Assembly (NCBI RefSeq): GCF_009914755.1
Contig: NC_060935.1
Strand: one strand, 5' to 3'
Source: the human T2T-CHM13v2.0 reference genome, Homo sapiens
DNA length: 64,000 bases
This document shows, one piece after another, positions 12,729 to 25,300 of this stretch. Below the pieces are notes generated by a model, which made no database searches, was not told the origin of the DNA, and saw only the letters and a list, made by a program, of their open reading frames with translations. The position numbers and the translations under genes are program-made. Position 1 is the stretch's first letter. Each line of letters begins with the position of its first letter.

Positions 12729-15359
12729 TAGATCATATGCTTGGGACACACTCAATGTCACAATTCAGTGTCAGACACTCGAGCCACAGACTCAGGACCA
12801 TACCTGCTACTGCAGCGTCATTTGCTCACGTTTCTGTATTTGATTCTCATGGAGACACACCCTCCATGTGCTCACTGTCACTTTCAGTGTCACACACGTG
12901 GTAGCATGCAATGTGCAATGTCACACACTCGGTGTCAGCATCACACAATCAATATCACACAGTGTTACACACTTGGTGGCACAGCCACTGTACACATCTG
13001 TTATCATGGAGTGCCTCACAGCCAGTGTCACATACTCAGTGACTCACCCACACTCCACACAGTACCCTATGATCATGGTCACGTACTTGATATTACACGT
13101 CATAAGCTCCGTGTCACATGTGCAGAACGCCCCCTGTCCCACAGTGTCTCAGTGTCCCTCTTGGCATCACCCTGGGTCCCACAAGCTCGGCCCCTCGTCC
13201 CCACCCCAACTGGGCACAGTCGCCAGGGCTGTTGCCCCATGTCACGGCTGTTTCCTGTTGTTGTGCTCAGAGTCCTCAGCCTCTGCTTGTTCCTTCAAGG
13301 ATTTCCTGTTGTCAGGGCCCCTGGCAGGCCTGGCCTGTCTGGGATACACACCCCTAAGCCCAGAGGCTGGCCAGCAGGAACCCTGGGCCCTCTGCCTCCC
13401 CACTCCAACATTCCGGCTGGATCCATGGGACTTTCCATCCTCCCCTGGTCCACCAACCTGGATCCCCCATGTGTCTGCACTGGTGCTGGCTCTACTGGGA
13501 TGGACAGAGGAGATCAGCTCCGGGCCTCGCCCCAGCCCCAGGGTGCCCAGACCTGTGCTTCCCAGAACAGGGCTCCAGGGCAGCCTGCACAAGCTGTTAC
13601 AGCAACTGAACAACTGTGGACAGGACCAGCCCAATGCTCCACGTGAAGCTGCTGAAAGCCTGAGGAGTGGGAGATGGAGGGCAGAGGACAAGGGTTCGAG
13701 GGTTTAAAGTTGAGGAAGACTTCCCAGATGAAGCGGCTAAGAGCCAGGAAACAGGGAGGAGGAGGAGGAAAAGGCAGCCTGAGGAGGGGACACCAGGCTG
13801 GAGGCCGGAACCTGGAGGAGACAGGATGGACCAGGAAGAAGAAAGGAACATGAGAGAGGCGGAGGGCATTTGTGGGGTTTGGAGAAAACAGGCTTCTCTC
13901 CCATCTGCTCCCACCTCTCCCTCAGCCAGCACTCAAATTCAGGCTCTAGGCAGGGGCCTCTGGCACACCCTTCCCTCCTAGCCCCACAGACTCCCCCGAG
14001 CAAGGGCGCTGCCAAGCTCCCTCTCCTCCTGCCCCAGCCGGTCTGCAGGAAGGACACACGGAGGCCAGTGCACACGCTCTTCACACAGCCTGAGATAAAT
14101 ATTTCCCGGGAAACGGAACTTGTTCTCTCAGTGTTTACAGCCAAAGGCCAGGCAGGACGGTGGGGGGTGGGGCCGGCTGGAGCAACCTCAGCCCGGGGCC
14201 GCCGCATCTGGCCTGGGCACTGCCTTGGACCTGCCTGCGCCTCTAAGCCAGCTCCTGCCTTTCCCTGAGTCTCAACTCCAGGCCCTTGACGAGGCTGGCC
14301 CTCCCTGGGCCTAGGCCTTGCCCGCGAGCCTGGCGTGGTCTCAGCATGTGTCTTCTCTGGGTATAAGTCCCCGGTGCTTTATGCCTCCTCCTTTAGACTA
14401 GGCTTCTTTGATGGCAGGACCTGCGATGCCCATCTCTCTCTTTACTCAGTCAGCCAGGGGTGTGGACAGTGGATGGGCAGGCAGAGAGACAGGCTAGAGT
14501 GGCAGCTGAGACCGCCTCCCTGGTCCCAGGTCCCTGCACGCCCCGGGCCTGTGCAGCCCAACAGGGGCACAGACAGATGGCAGGGCCTCAGGACCCCCAT
14601 GGATGCCAGATGCTAAGGCCAACTTGTTGGCAGCCACTCCCTTGGGGCCATGGGGCATTGTAGAGGCCACTGGCTCCTGATGTGCAGAATCCAGGAGGAA
14701 GTAGCACATCTGGCAGCTAGGAGCACTCACTTGAGAATGTTAGATAAGGGCCTGAAAAGTGCTGCCTACAGCGCGGCCCCTCCAGCCTCACCCCAGGACT
14801 TGCTGGTAAGCTATGCTCGTATACTCGGAGCCTTCTCCCCTCCCACTCCTGCCCACACTCTCGCACAAGCTGCTCCTTCCCCAGCGAAGCCCTACTCCAC
14901 CTGCAGCGGCAATGGCAATACCCCCTCCAACCTGGCTCCCGCCCCTGCCTAGTGCTACCCCCGCAGCTGGGCCCACATATTCACTGGTGGCCTCAGCCTC
15001 ACCCTGACTCTGGCACCAAGCCTTCCTCAGCCCAGCACTCATGGGCAGAGTGTTTTGGAGCCGGGTTCTGAGCATGAGCCAACCTCCTGCAGCCTCCTCT
15101 GGGGCTGAGTCCTTGCTCCAGCCTCCTCTATCTGCTTTTTCCCAGTCCTGTTCTGGTCCTGGTTGTCCTTAGCTGCTGCTGTCAGAAGCTGACCTCATGG
15201 ACCTCTCTGACTGCCTAGCTGGTCCCTGGCTTCTTCGGTTGGTGCCCTTGACCCTCTCCATCCTTCAAAGTTCTAAGGTTGCCTCCTCCAAGTCTCCAAG
15301 ACCGCCCAACCCAACTGTGCCCCTTCTTGGAACTACTCCAGCCCTACTCACAGCCACTC

Positions 15360-15800
15360 TTGTTCATTCAAGAAGTATTTATTGAGCACCTACCATATAC
15401 CAGGCCTATACCAAGCACCACATGGGCCCAAGAGAGACAAAGGAGACTCAGTCTCAGCCTCTGCCTCCTGGGTGTTTACAACCCCATGGGGAAGGATACA
15501 CTACCCACAGCACCCCGTGGGGTAACAGGTTTCCCAACTGTGGGCTCAGGGAAATGGGGACTGTGAGTGCCCAGGGAAGGGAGGAGACTGGCTCGGCCTG
15601 AGGTAGAGGGACCAGTCTGAGGAACGTCACAAAGGAGGTGACATTTCATCTGGGCCTTGAAAAGAGAGTAGGTGGAGAAAGAAAGGAAAGGTATTCCAGA
15701 CAGGTGGTCAGTGTGAGCAAAGGCAGGGAGGCAGGGGGAGCTGCTGTGTGCTGGGAGTGAACACAACAATGTGGCTGTAGCGCTGGCTGTCTCAGGGCAT
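15360..15800 (-). mobile_element. L2 3' fragment
   Basis: TTCATTCAAGAAGTATTTATTGAGCACCTAC...GGAGGTGACATTTCATCTGGGCCTTGAA. Confidence 0.65.
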
Positions 15801-16519
15801 AAGGGGACACAAGGGGACATGAGGGGACCCAGCAGGCAAGGCCAGCAATGCCCTGCCAAGGGGTGTGGTCTTTGTCCCAAGGGCAGCAATAGAGGAGCCG
15901 GTGTTGGGCAGTGCATTTCAGTACTTATTGTGGATGTCAGTGCCCTCATCCACGTCCGCCTCTCCCCATGCCCCCATCCCAGCTAAGGCTCCCAAGCCGC
16001 CATCTGGGCCCTGAGAGCCATCACAAAGAGGGCATTGACTCAGCATGCTCAATTCACCAACTTGAACTGCCCCAGACCTGACTTTCAGAGAGACAGTAAT
16101 GATGCAGAGGCCTGGCCCTGAAGGAGGATGCCAGGCTGAGCTGGAAGAGCCCCTCCTCCAAGTCAGCTGCTGGCACAGGGGCTAGGTAACCATCCCAGGA
16201 GGGTGTGCTGAACACACGCCTGCTGGGTGGGGATGGGTGCTGGCAGCTCTGCTTTCTTGGCTGCTGCCCAGCCAGTGCCAGGAGAGTGTGCCATGCCCAT
16301 AGAACTTCCATAAGCCTCAGCCCAGCTCTGCAGAGCATCCTGTCTCACAGGGGTACAGCCTAGTCCTGGCTCTAAGGATGTCATCCTTGAGGGAAACAGA
16401 GAGGAGGCTAACTCTCCCCAAGGATCTGCCATGTGCCAGACCTGCGCCGGGCACCCCACACATACAGTCTTTGTAACTTCTCCCAACAGCTCTATTGTGG
16501 TAATGTTGAATAACAGTGA

Positions 16520-16840
<321 letters not shown>

Positions 16841-17939
16841 AGTGATAGACGTTCTTATCCCGCCTGGCAGGTGAGGAGACTGATGCTCAGGCTGGTTAAG
16901 TGACAGGCACAAGGCCACACACCTAGGAAGCAAGGGAGTTGGGACTTGAACCCGTGCTCATCTGACCCTGTGGCTTGTCCACTATATGAGGCCATCTTGG
17001 CTTCCCAGATCCACCCTGACAGGAGGGCCCCTCAGGCTCCCAGTCCCTTTTCCCTCCAGCTGCCCCTGTGGTCTGAGCAATGCCCTCGGGTCCCCACTCT
17101 CTCCAGTCTTGCCCTCTCCATGTTGGCAGCGTCCCCTCAGGCAGCCCATCTCTTCCCAGCAGTGCTGAGTATAGGCCTGGGCACTCGGGTGGGGTGCTGG
17201 CAGGACCCAGAAATCCAGCAGGCCCTGCCAAGAGTCCAGGCAGACACTAACTGTTTTGGGGATGAGTGTGGGGATGGGGTCAGGACAGAGCTGAGGGCTG
17301 AGGAGCTCATGGCTCCAGATCCTCGGTCAGAGGGAAGAGGCAGCAGGACCCAGCTCAAGGAAAGGCAGAGAAAATACAGGGATAGGAGCAGGTGGGGCCG
17401 ACCCAGGGAAGCCTCATGGGAAGGACGAGGCCGGTGGAGCTGGACAAAGAGCAGAACTTGAACCTGCAGAGGGCAGGCAGATGGCCTAGGCAGCGGGGGC
17501 TGCCCCAGAGGCATAGCAGGGTGCCTGGAGCCATACTCCTTCCCTCAGGGCACAGTCCCCGTTGCCCAGGAGGGTCTCAGCTTTGCCAAAGCCCCCTCTT
17601 CTTGTGGCTCCCTGGGTGGATGACAAATCCAGTCTTTCCTGGCGGGTGGCCGAGGCTGCTGAGACACTGCAGGCTCCCAGGAACACCATCTGTCCCAGCT
17701 CTGGGGGGAGCCCCGCCCCATGGGGAATGCCATGGCAGTAAATAAATTAATAATGTGGCTTTCCAGGCCCTCCCCTCCCAGCTCCCTTTGCCAGCTCGCA
17801 GCAGCAGGGCCCAGCCCCACTTGGAGGCACATTCTCAGGTCTTGGCCCTGTGTCCCAGCAGGGAACCTGTGCTGAGCCCCTCCTGTGCACCAGGCCCTGT
17901 GTGGGCACCTTCTTTCCCATCTTACTCAGGGGCCAGGAA

Positions 17940-18130
17940 AGAGTGAGCCTCGAGCCTGAGACACATCTAGGCTCCAATCTTAGCTCTGTCCCAACTCACT
18001 TGCTGAATGATCCCTCTGGGCCTCAGCTTCCCCAAATGTGAAATAGGAATAATAGCAGCCCCTACCTCATGGGGGTGCTGTAATAATTAAACAAGGTGGG
18101 TGTCAAAGGCTCCTGGCACACAGGAGGGCT
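17940..18130 (+). mobile_element. MIR
   Basis: CTCTGGGCCTCAGCTTCCCCAAATGTGAAATAGGAATAATAG...CCTACCTCAT. Confidence 0.7.
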
Positions 18131-19290
18131 GATACAAGCATCATCTTCCTCTCCCTCTCAGCCAGGCCTGGGCAGACTCTGTTCTGGCTGTGGGTCCAGT
18201 TCTCTCTCTCTCTCTCACACACACACACACCCTCCTCTGTGCCGATCTTCAACATCAGCAGCCCACCTTGTTTGCTCGTCAAGGCCCCTTTGAGCACTGA
18301 AGAGTCCTATGAGGCACCCCTCACAGGGAAGGAAGGCATGGTCGGGGGGTGGGGATGGCACCCCTCGCAGGGCAGGAAATGCGCTGGCTGAGCCCTGCAC
18401 CGGTACCCATCCAAGGGTGGTAGAAGGTTCAGGAATGAAGAAAGCACAGTCCCGAGGCTCAAAGAGCTCACAGTGCAGAGAAGACAAGGCAGACACACAT
18501 ACAGAGTCACGTGATGGAGAAAACAGGGTGCTCGTGGCACAGCACGGTGGGCGACAGACAGCAGAGCGCCCTGGCATCTGACTGCCAGGGCAGGAGAGCT
18601 CAGAGGAGGGAGCAGGAGTGAGCTTGGTCCCATGGTCAAGGGGTAGAGAGGACTTCCCAGAGGAAAGGAGGCTAGAGCTGATCCCCGAAGGATTTAGGAA
18701 GCTGAGGGGGGAAGAGGCCAGCAGGAGCAGTTTGGGGGAGGCAGGAATGGATGAAGGGGAACGATTGCCAGGCTGGGGTTGTGGAGGGGGCATGGGGGTG
18801 GGGAGCATGGAGGATTCTGGGGCAAGAGAGTGACAAGTTCAGGTCTGTGCATTAGAAAGATCCTCCTGGTGGCCACGTGGATGATGGGGGAAACTGAAAG
18901 CAAGCAGCCAGTGAGTGGCCCAGGGGAGAGTTGAGGGAGCCTGGACCCAAGCAGGCGGCAGAATGGAGAGGAGAGGAACTCGGGAAATACTCAGGGCAGA
19001 GAATCAACGGGAATTGTTGGGTGAGGGTGGGGAGGACAAGGGAGGAGTCTGTAGTGACTCCCCAGGTGAGTTGGGAGGAGGAATCCTCATGGGAGGACTT
19101 CCAGGCTGGGGATATATAGGGTGAGGGGAGATGGTCTTGATATAGGGGTGGTCCTAGTCTGGAGGGCTGGGGCTGGGATGTGACTCCAGCCTCCCCGTCC
19201 TCCCAAGGGGGAGGGCACCACTCAGACTGATCTTCAGTCTGCGCCCCACCCCCTCAAGCCCACCCACTTCTCCCTCCACTGAGCTCTCAC

Positions 19291-19352
19291 CTCCAGTCGG
19301 TCGTCTCTACTCCCTGGGGGTCCTGGCTCCTTTGCAAGGGGGTCCAGGCTGG
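19291..19352 (-). CDS. PDE2A: PDE2A1-specific 62-nt cassette exon (A)SLDPLAKEPGPPGSRDDRLE
   Basis: Acceptor CCTTCTTGTCTCTGCAG|CCAGCC and donor CTGGAG|GTGAGA; joined to ATG 30500 it gives MRRQPAASLDPLAKEPGPPGSRDDRLE, the PDE2A1 N-terminus. Confidence 0.9.
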
Positions 19353-22300
19353 CTGCAGAGACAAGAAGGTCAGGGGCTGAGGCCGGCCAGGCCTTCTCCC
19401 CTTCTCCCCAGACTGTCCTCCCATTAGCCCCCAGCAAGCCCACGGATGGCCCCCTCCTCCAGGGAGCCTTGCCTGCTTTCACCCTGCTCTCTCCCAAGAC
19501 TCCCTCCTTGTTCTCTGCTTCCCATGGGCACCTCTGGCTCTGCCATATTCTCTGTTCCTTGACTCTGAGAACAGAGCCATATTCCTTCTTTCCACCTAGG
19601 GCTCCTAAGGAGTGGAAATGACCACCTCTTTACTCTTTCTGAGGCCTCCTCCACTTCTGCTTCTCTCCAGGGAGCTCTACTAGCCCTCTCTAAGCCTCAG
19701 TTTCTCTGTCTGTAAAATGGGATCCGTAATGTCCACCTCACACAGTCACTGGGCCTCCACAGTGAGTTGGGCCTTTACTGACAGACAACCAAGGGGCTTC
19801 CAACCTGGGTGCTGTGAGTCTCAAATGAATGTGAGACCATGTGGGAGCCCCCCTACCCCAGCCTGGCGCCCAGTCATCTGGACTGGGATCAGACCCCCGA
19901 CCTGTATCCTACCAGCACCACTTCCACAGTTCCCGGAATGCTAGCGGTGGAGACACTGCCACAGCAGCCTGGAGACACAACAGAGACCTGCTCACTCATT
20001 CTCCAGAAGCCCACCACCCTGCAGCATTCCAAACCCCCAGCCTCTCTGAGGGGCACTGCCCAGGGCCTGGCTGCCAGGCTCCTGCCCCTCCCCACCCCCA
20101 CCCAACAAGCCTACTCAGGCATCGGACAGGCGGTGGGATATTCTGAGCCTGGCTTCGTTCCCGTCAGCTGCTGGCCGCCATGCCAGCCTGGCGCGGGTGC
20201 AGGGGCTGATTTGATTTGGCAGCTTCAGAATCGTGTGGTGGGGACTGGGAGGGGGAGGGGGATGAGACACCCATCCCTGCTAGTCCCTGCTAGGAAATAA
20301 ACAGCCTGAGGCACTCCTTCTGTGAGCTGGGGGGAGGGCACAGTCTGGCATGGAGGAGGTTCTGGGTTCCCTGCTGGTGTCCCCCTCTTCTCGCCTGGGC
20401 ACTGGATACCTGCCCACGACTACTGGAATCTCTGGCTCTCCTTGGGTTGACCGTAGGGGTGACAGGAGCTGCACCTGGTGTGTGGAGGCTTGTGGTGTGG
20501 CCGAAGCAGGGCGTCTGGTTGTCCCACGTGTCCCTGTGCCCTGCAGGGTCTTCCCTCTTAGCTGCGCCTGCAGCTGGGCCTGAGTGTCACCTGGAGAGAC
20601 TGGGTCTGTGTGTGGTGTGATGGTCTAGGTGTGGCCATCTCCGGCAGTGACTGTGGTGTGTGTCTGGGCCTCTATGAGGGGCTGACTGCAGCCCAGGGTG
20701 TGGCAGGGTCACCCATGTGCCTGACTCTCCTGTAGGGCCTGGTATGCACTGGCCCTGGCCTGTTCCTTCCCTCTGTGCAATGACCCCACTCACCCAGTCA
20801 TGTCCGGCAGAGGAAATGACGAGGGTTGAGATAAGTGCCTGACCCAGGGCTGTCCCTTTTATCCACAAAGCCTGAGTCTTCTTTTCCACCCACAGCCAGA
20901 TGGGCTACCTGCTGAGCAGCCAGGGACAGCCCCCTCCCCTCCCCTGAGAGGAGGGAGGGCCAGTTTCACTGGAGAATCCAGCTCCCCCCTCACGCCTCCC
21001 ACCACCCCCAGGACAGGTTCCCTCCCCCCAGCAGAGGCACTGCCCGGAGGTGGAGGCAGGGTGCTGGCTCCTGTCCCTCCCCAACCCCACCTAACTTCTG
21101 GTTCCCCCTCCAGCCAATTTCAAGTGTGGGGAAAGTGCCTAGGATGAGGGGATTCTTAGCTAGGTATTCCCAGCTCCCTGTAATCCCACCTAGCCTGTGT
21201 TTATCACCCTCCTATCTCCTGTACATAGGCCCCCCAGGCCAGCTCACCCCTCCTGGACACTGGAATCTGCACCAACCCACCAATAACCTACCAGTGCCCT
21301 GGAGGCCTGGACTCCATAGCCGCCAGTTAGAGAACTGCTGCTGGAGAACCAGGGCTTCTGATTCCCAGACCTCTGCATTGTGGGGTCAGACCAGGACCCT
21401 AGTCCTAAGAGGCCAACAGGCCAGGGCTGTGTCCAAGCCACCAGCCAGGGAGGTCAGGGGAGGGTGGAGTCTGCTTTAGGGAAGACTCAGCCTCTCATCT
21501 GTCACCGCCTCCCCATTGTCCCACGTCCTGTGGGGACCTCAGGGCTCTCCCCACCCAGCAACAGGAAGCTGAGCCCCTCCTGAAGACACTGAAGGAGTGG
21601 CCCCAGGACTGAAGGGGGGACTCAGCCTTGCCCTTCGAGTCACAGGAGGAACCTAGGCTCACAGAGTTCAGTTGTCACAAAGGGGCTAGTTGGATGAAGA
21701 TGGTCTTCAGGGGTCCTAAGGGGCTTCCTGGAGGAGGTGTGTGAGGCCTGACAGGAAGAGGAGGACACTGGGTTCCAGGGTGGCCTCCTGATGGTCTGAC
21801 CAGTTTTCAGCTGGGATTTATGGACCCCGTGACACGCTTGCACATGTTTATGTGTCTGTGTCTGGGTGCATGGGTGTGCATCCCAGTCCTGGAGGCCTGA
21901 GCTCTAGTCTGTGTCCCAAGGACAGTGTCTGCCAGAGGCAGGAGTCAGCAGACAGCAGGGATAGTGAAGGAGAGAGGAGCTGGGCAAAGAAGAGGAAGGG
22001 AGGGCAGCTCAGGGCTGTGAAGAAGGGCTGAGGAGAGAAGCCCCCTACCGCATTTCTGTAGGTGCCTGTGTGCTTAGCGCTGATCATCACAGTCAGTTCT
22101 CAAACCCTGGACACCTGATGCCAAGGGCAGTGTGCACCCATGACCCAGCGCTGAAGGGAGCACAGCACTGGGCTCTGCCTCAGCCTACTGTGCAGCTTTG
22201 GACAGGACCTTCCCCTCTCTGACCTGGCCTCCTTATCCGAAGAATAAAAGGGTTGGACTTGGTGATCTCCCAGGGCCCTTCCAAATCTAACTTTCACTGG

Positions 22301-25300
22301 AGAGAGGCTTAAACCCAGAGAGCGCCAGAGACGAGACCTCACGGGGATGGGGAGGGCCTGAGGGCAAGCGGAGATGAGAAGAGGGAAGGGGCAGCAGGAG
22401 GAAGCGGGTGGCAGAGTCACGACAGGAGGGCCCGGGGAGGCACACTTCTGGCCTGCAGCTGGGGAGGGGCTCCCTGCCGGGGACAATGGAGCCTTGTGGA
22501 GGACTGGGGGCAGCTGTCACCACCATACCTGCTTCTGGCCTGTGGGAAGAGGAAGACGGAGGGATGATGGACAGAGGCTCTGCTCCCTAACCTGAGCCCC
22601 ACCTCCACTCCTGCCCCTCAGGTGTCCCAGGGGAAGTGGGGGAGGCTGTGGGCAAAAAGGAACACCCAGGACTGGGAATCAGGAAGCCTGATTTCAGGCC
22701 CCGTTGTGCTGTGTGACCAGGGCCAGCTTTGGTCTGTGAACCTACCAGGCAGCGGAAGCCCTTGGAACTGTGCAGCTGTACTGGGCTTCTAAGGATCCAT
22801 CAGGGATGGGCACTCTGGAAGGAAACCCTCCCCTGCAGCCTGGACCCCTCCCCAACTCTGGCCTGGGCGCCAAGGCATAAGAAGGACTCAGGAGGCAGTG
22901 AAACACTGGACAATTGGGCTGGCCTTCTGCCAGGCTGGACTGTGGCCTTGCACACAGGGGAGGACCTGTCAGCACTTCCAGTCCCTGACCTGGGACTCCT
23001 TTCCTTGACCCCTTCTCACTGTCACCCTTGGGGCAAGAACAGGGTCTTCCCTCCTCAGCCTATACTGAGAGGGTGCTGATGGGACCCCCCTGGCTGTCCT
23101 GGCCTCTGCCCTTGTCTGAGCCTTTGGACGCGGGGCCCTCGAAGGCAGGGGTTCATGCATTTCCATGTCTGTGTCCAGGAAGTATTCATGTCCTGTTTTC
23201 CCCCTCAGGCTGTCAGGGAAGGGGCGGGGGTGAGCAGACCTCTCCTTCCTCCACTGCTGCCATTTCTGCCCAGAGACTTCGAGGGCTGGGAGGAAAGGGT
23301 AGTTACCCCTCTCTCTGCCCAGTCTGAAATGGTTAAGGAATAGAGGCCAGTGCTGAAGGAAATGAGCCCCTTACCCTGCAAGCTTTGGGAGTGGAAGCTC
23401 TCTCGAATGTACACACACCAGTTCTGTTGTGACAGGAGAAACAACCTGTGTGACCCAGGTTGAAAAGGTCTCTATTATCTAAGGCCAGCCCAGCCTCTTC
23501 TGTCCTCCCTCACTGGGAGTGGAGGGAGCGCCCACCATTCTGAGCTATCTGTCTCCATTGCTTCTTGTTATGTTTTTAATAACTGAACATTGACATTAAC
23601 AAGGCAGGTGGTTGCAGCTCTTCCCAGCAGCCCCATTTAGAATCATTGAATCATCAAACCATCAAATCCTAGAATCCTAGATTCACAGAATGTCCGTATC
23701 TCTAGCTCCTAGAGCCTCAGCATCTTAAAGTCTCAGAATGTCGGAATCACACAACCACGCATCCACACAGCCCTGGCTGGGAGCTGAGAGTCAAGGAATG
23801 CTAGAATTGTCCCAGTTAGAACCCCACAGACTAACAATTCCAGATTCTCAAAATCCTATACTCCTAGAGCTAGAGCTCATATATCGCTTGGAGATATTGA
23901 CCCCCAACTTCCTCCTTTTACAAGTGAGAAAATGCAGCCCAGAAAAATGGTCTTGTGCAAGAATACCCGAGAGTGGGGGCCAAGGAATGCCCAGCTCAGA
24001 GACTGCAAGATCGGACCTCAGCATTCTGATGTTTCGGGAAATGGAACAGCTTTCCCATTCTGAAATACCAGTATTGATGTTGGGGCGATACTGCTCTTCA
24101 GCTCTGCCTGTCTCCCTTTGCTCTCACTCCCGGCCCTCTCCATTCTTTCGGCCACCCGACCTTCCCGCTCCCCCTCCACACCACGAGATCTCAGCCCCTC
24201 TTACCCTGAGCTCCCGAAACTCCCATGCCCTTCCTGTCTCCCAGTGGCAGCCCCCAGTAGAGGCAACCGTGGATGGGAGGCATGCAAGGCCAACTCCCTT
24301 AGGGTGGGAGACAGGAAAGGCAGAATGCCTGCCCCCTGAAGCCACCAGCCAGAGTACAGGCTCTGCAGAGGAGGGGCCCTGCCGGCTACTCTCAAGGGAG
24401 CTGAACAGGAAGGTCCTGGAGCTGCAGGGGGCAGCCACATCAGAGGCAGCAGCTTCAAGGGAGCCAGATCCAAAGTTCTGGGAAGCAGCTGAGGCTTACA
24501 ATTTACATTAGAACAATCACGCATGTTTAGCATTTTCATAAATTTACATTTTTACTCATTTTGGAATGTACTCAGACATTTTTGGATTTGAATTTTATTA
24601 AGTATTACATTTCACAGATTGTTTTGATTATTGAATTCTGAACACCCTTTGCCCAGGGCAGATCTCAAGTTCCCATGTTACAGGTGAGGCTGTAGCAGCC
24701 CTGGGCCGGCTTCAGGTCTCCCTTTAATCTCAAAGCTCATGATCTCCTCTGAGGCTTTTCCAAGACCTTTTGGTCCTTAAAGGGCCCTGACACAGGCCCA
24801 GGCATCTGCCACTAACCCCTGTCTTCCCTCCTATACATCTCAGAGACTGCACAAAACCCATCCAGACACCTGGGTGGGGCAGCATTCTCCTCCCTTGCCC
24901 TTCACGTCTACAGCTGTCCAGCTCCCTCCACCAGCCCTGGCCACTCCGTCCCCTCCCCTCCATTCTTCAGCCATTTCCCTGTCCAGGCCTCATCACCCCC
25001 GCTTACCTGGACCACACCAGCCTCCCCTTCAGTCTCCACACCATGGTCCAGGGAGCTATTGAACATGCAGATCTGATCTGTCATATCCGTTCTCTCAACT
25101 CTTCCCCAGGGTCAATTTCCCTCCAGAATAAGTCCGCAGTCCTTAACATGGCTTACAAGTCCTGCACCATCTGGCTGGGCCAGCTTTACCAGTCCCCATC
25201 CCCCCGGACCCAGCCGGCTGGCACCCAGGGGCCTGCTCCATGGAGTGGTGCTGCCACAGGCTCTCCTCCCTCTGTCTGCCACCAGCAAACCTTCACAGTA

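Noticed and set aside
12741-13707. 301-aa and 279-aa overlapping plus-strand ORFs
   Set aside because: They arise from CA-rich low-complexity sequence; no homology recognised.
19345-19354. Alternative acceptor 4 nt into the cassette (CAG|CCAG|)
   Set aside because: A 58-nt exon restores none of the frames; no support.
23630-23950. Periodic AGAATC/TAGAAT motifs (mirrored at about 39300-39470) and a 257-aa ORF
   Set aside because: Resembles a degenerate MIR3-type tail repeat; no constant repeat-spacer structure, so not a CRISPR-like array.
24480-24680. AT-rich island (similar one at 7410-7490)
   Set aside because: Probably an ancient DNA-transposon remnant; family cannot be assigned by eye.
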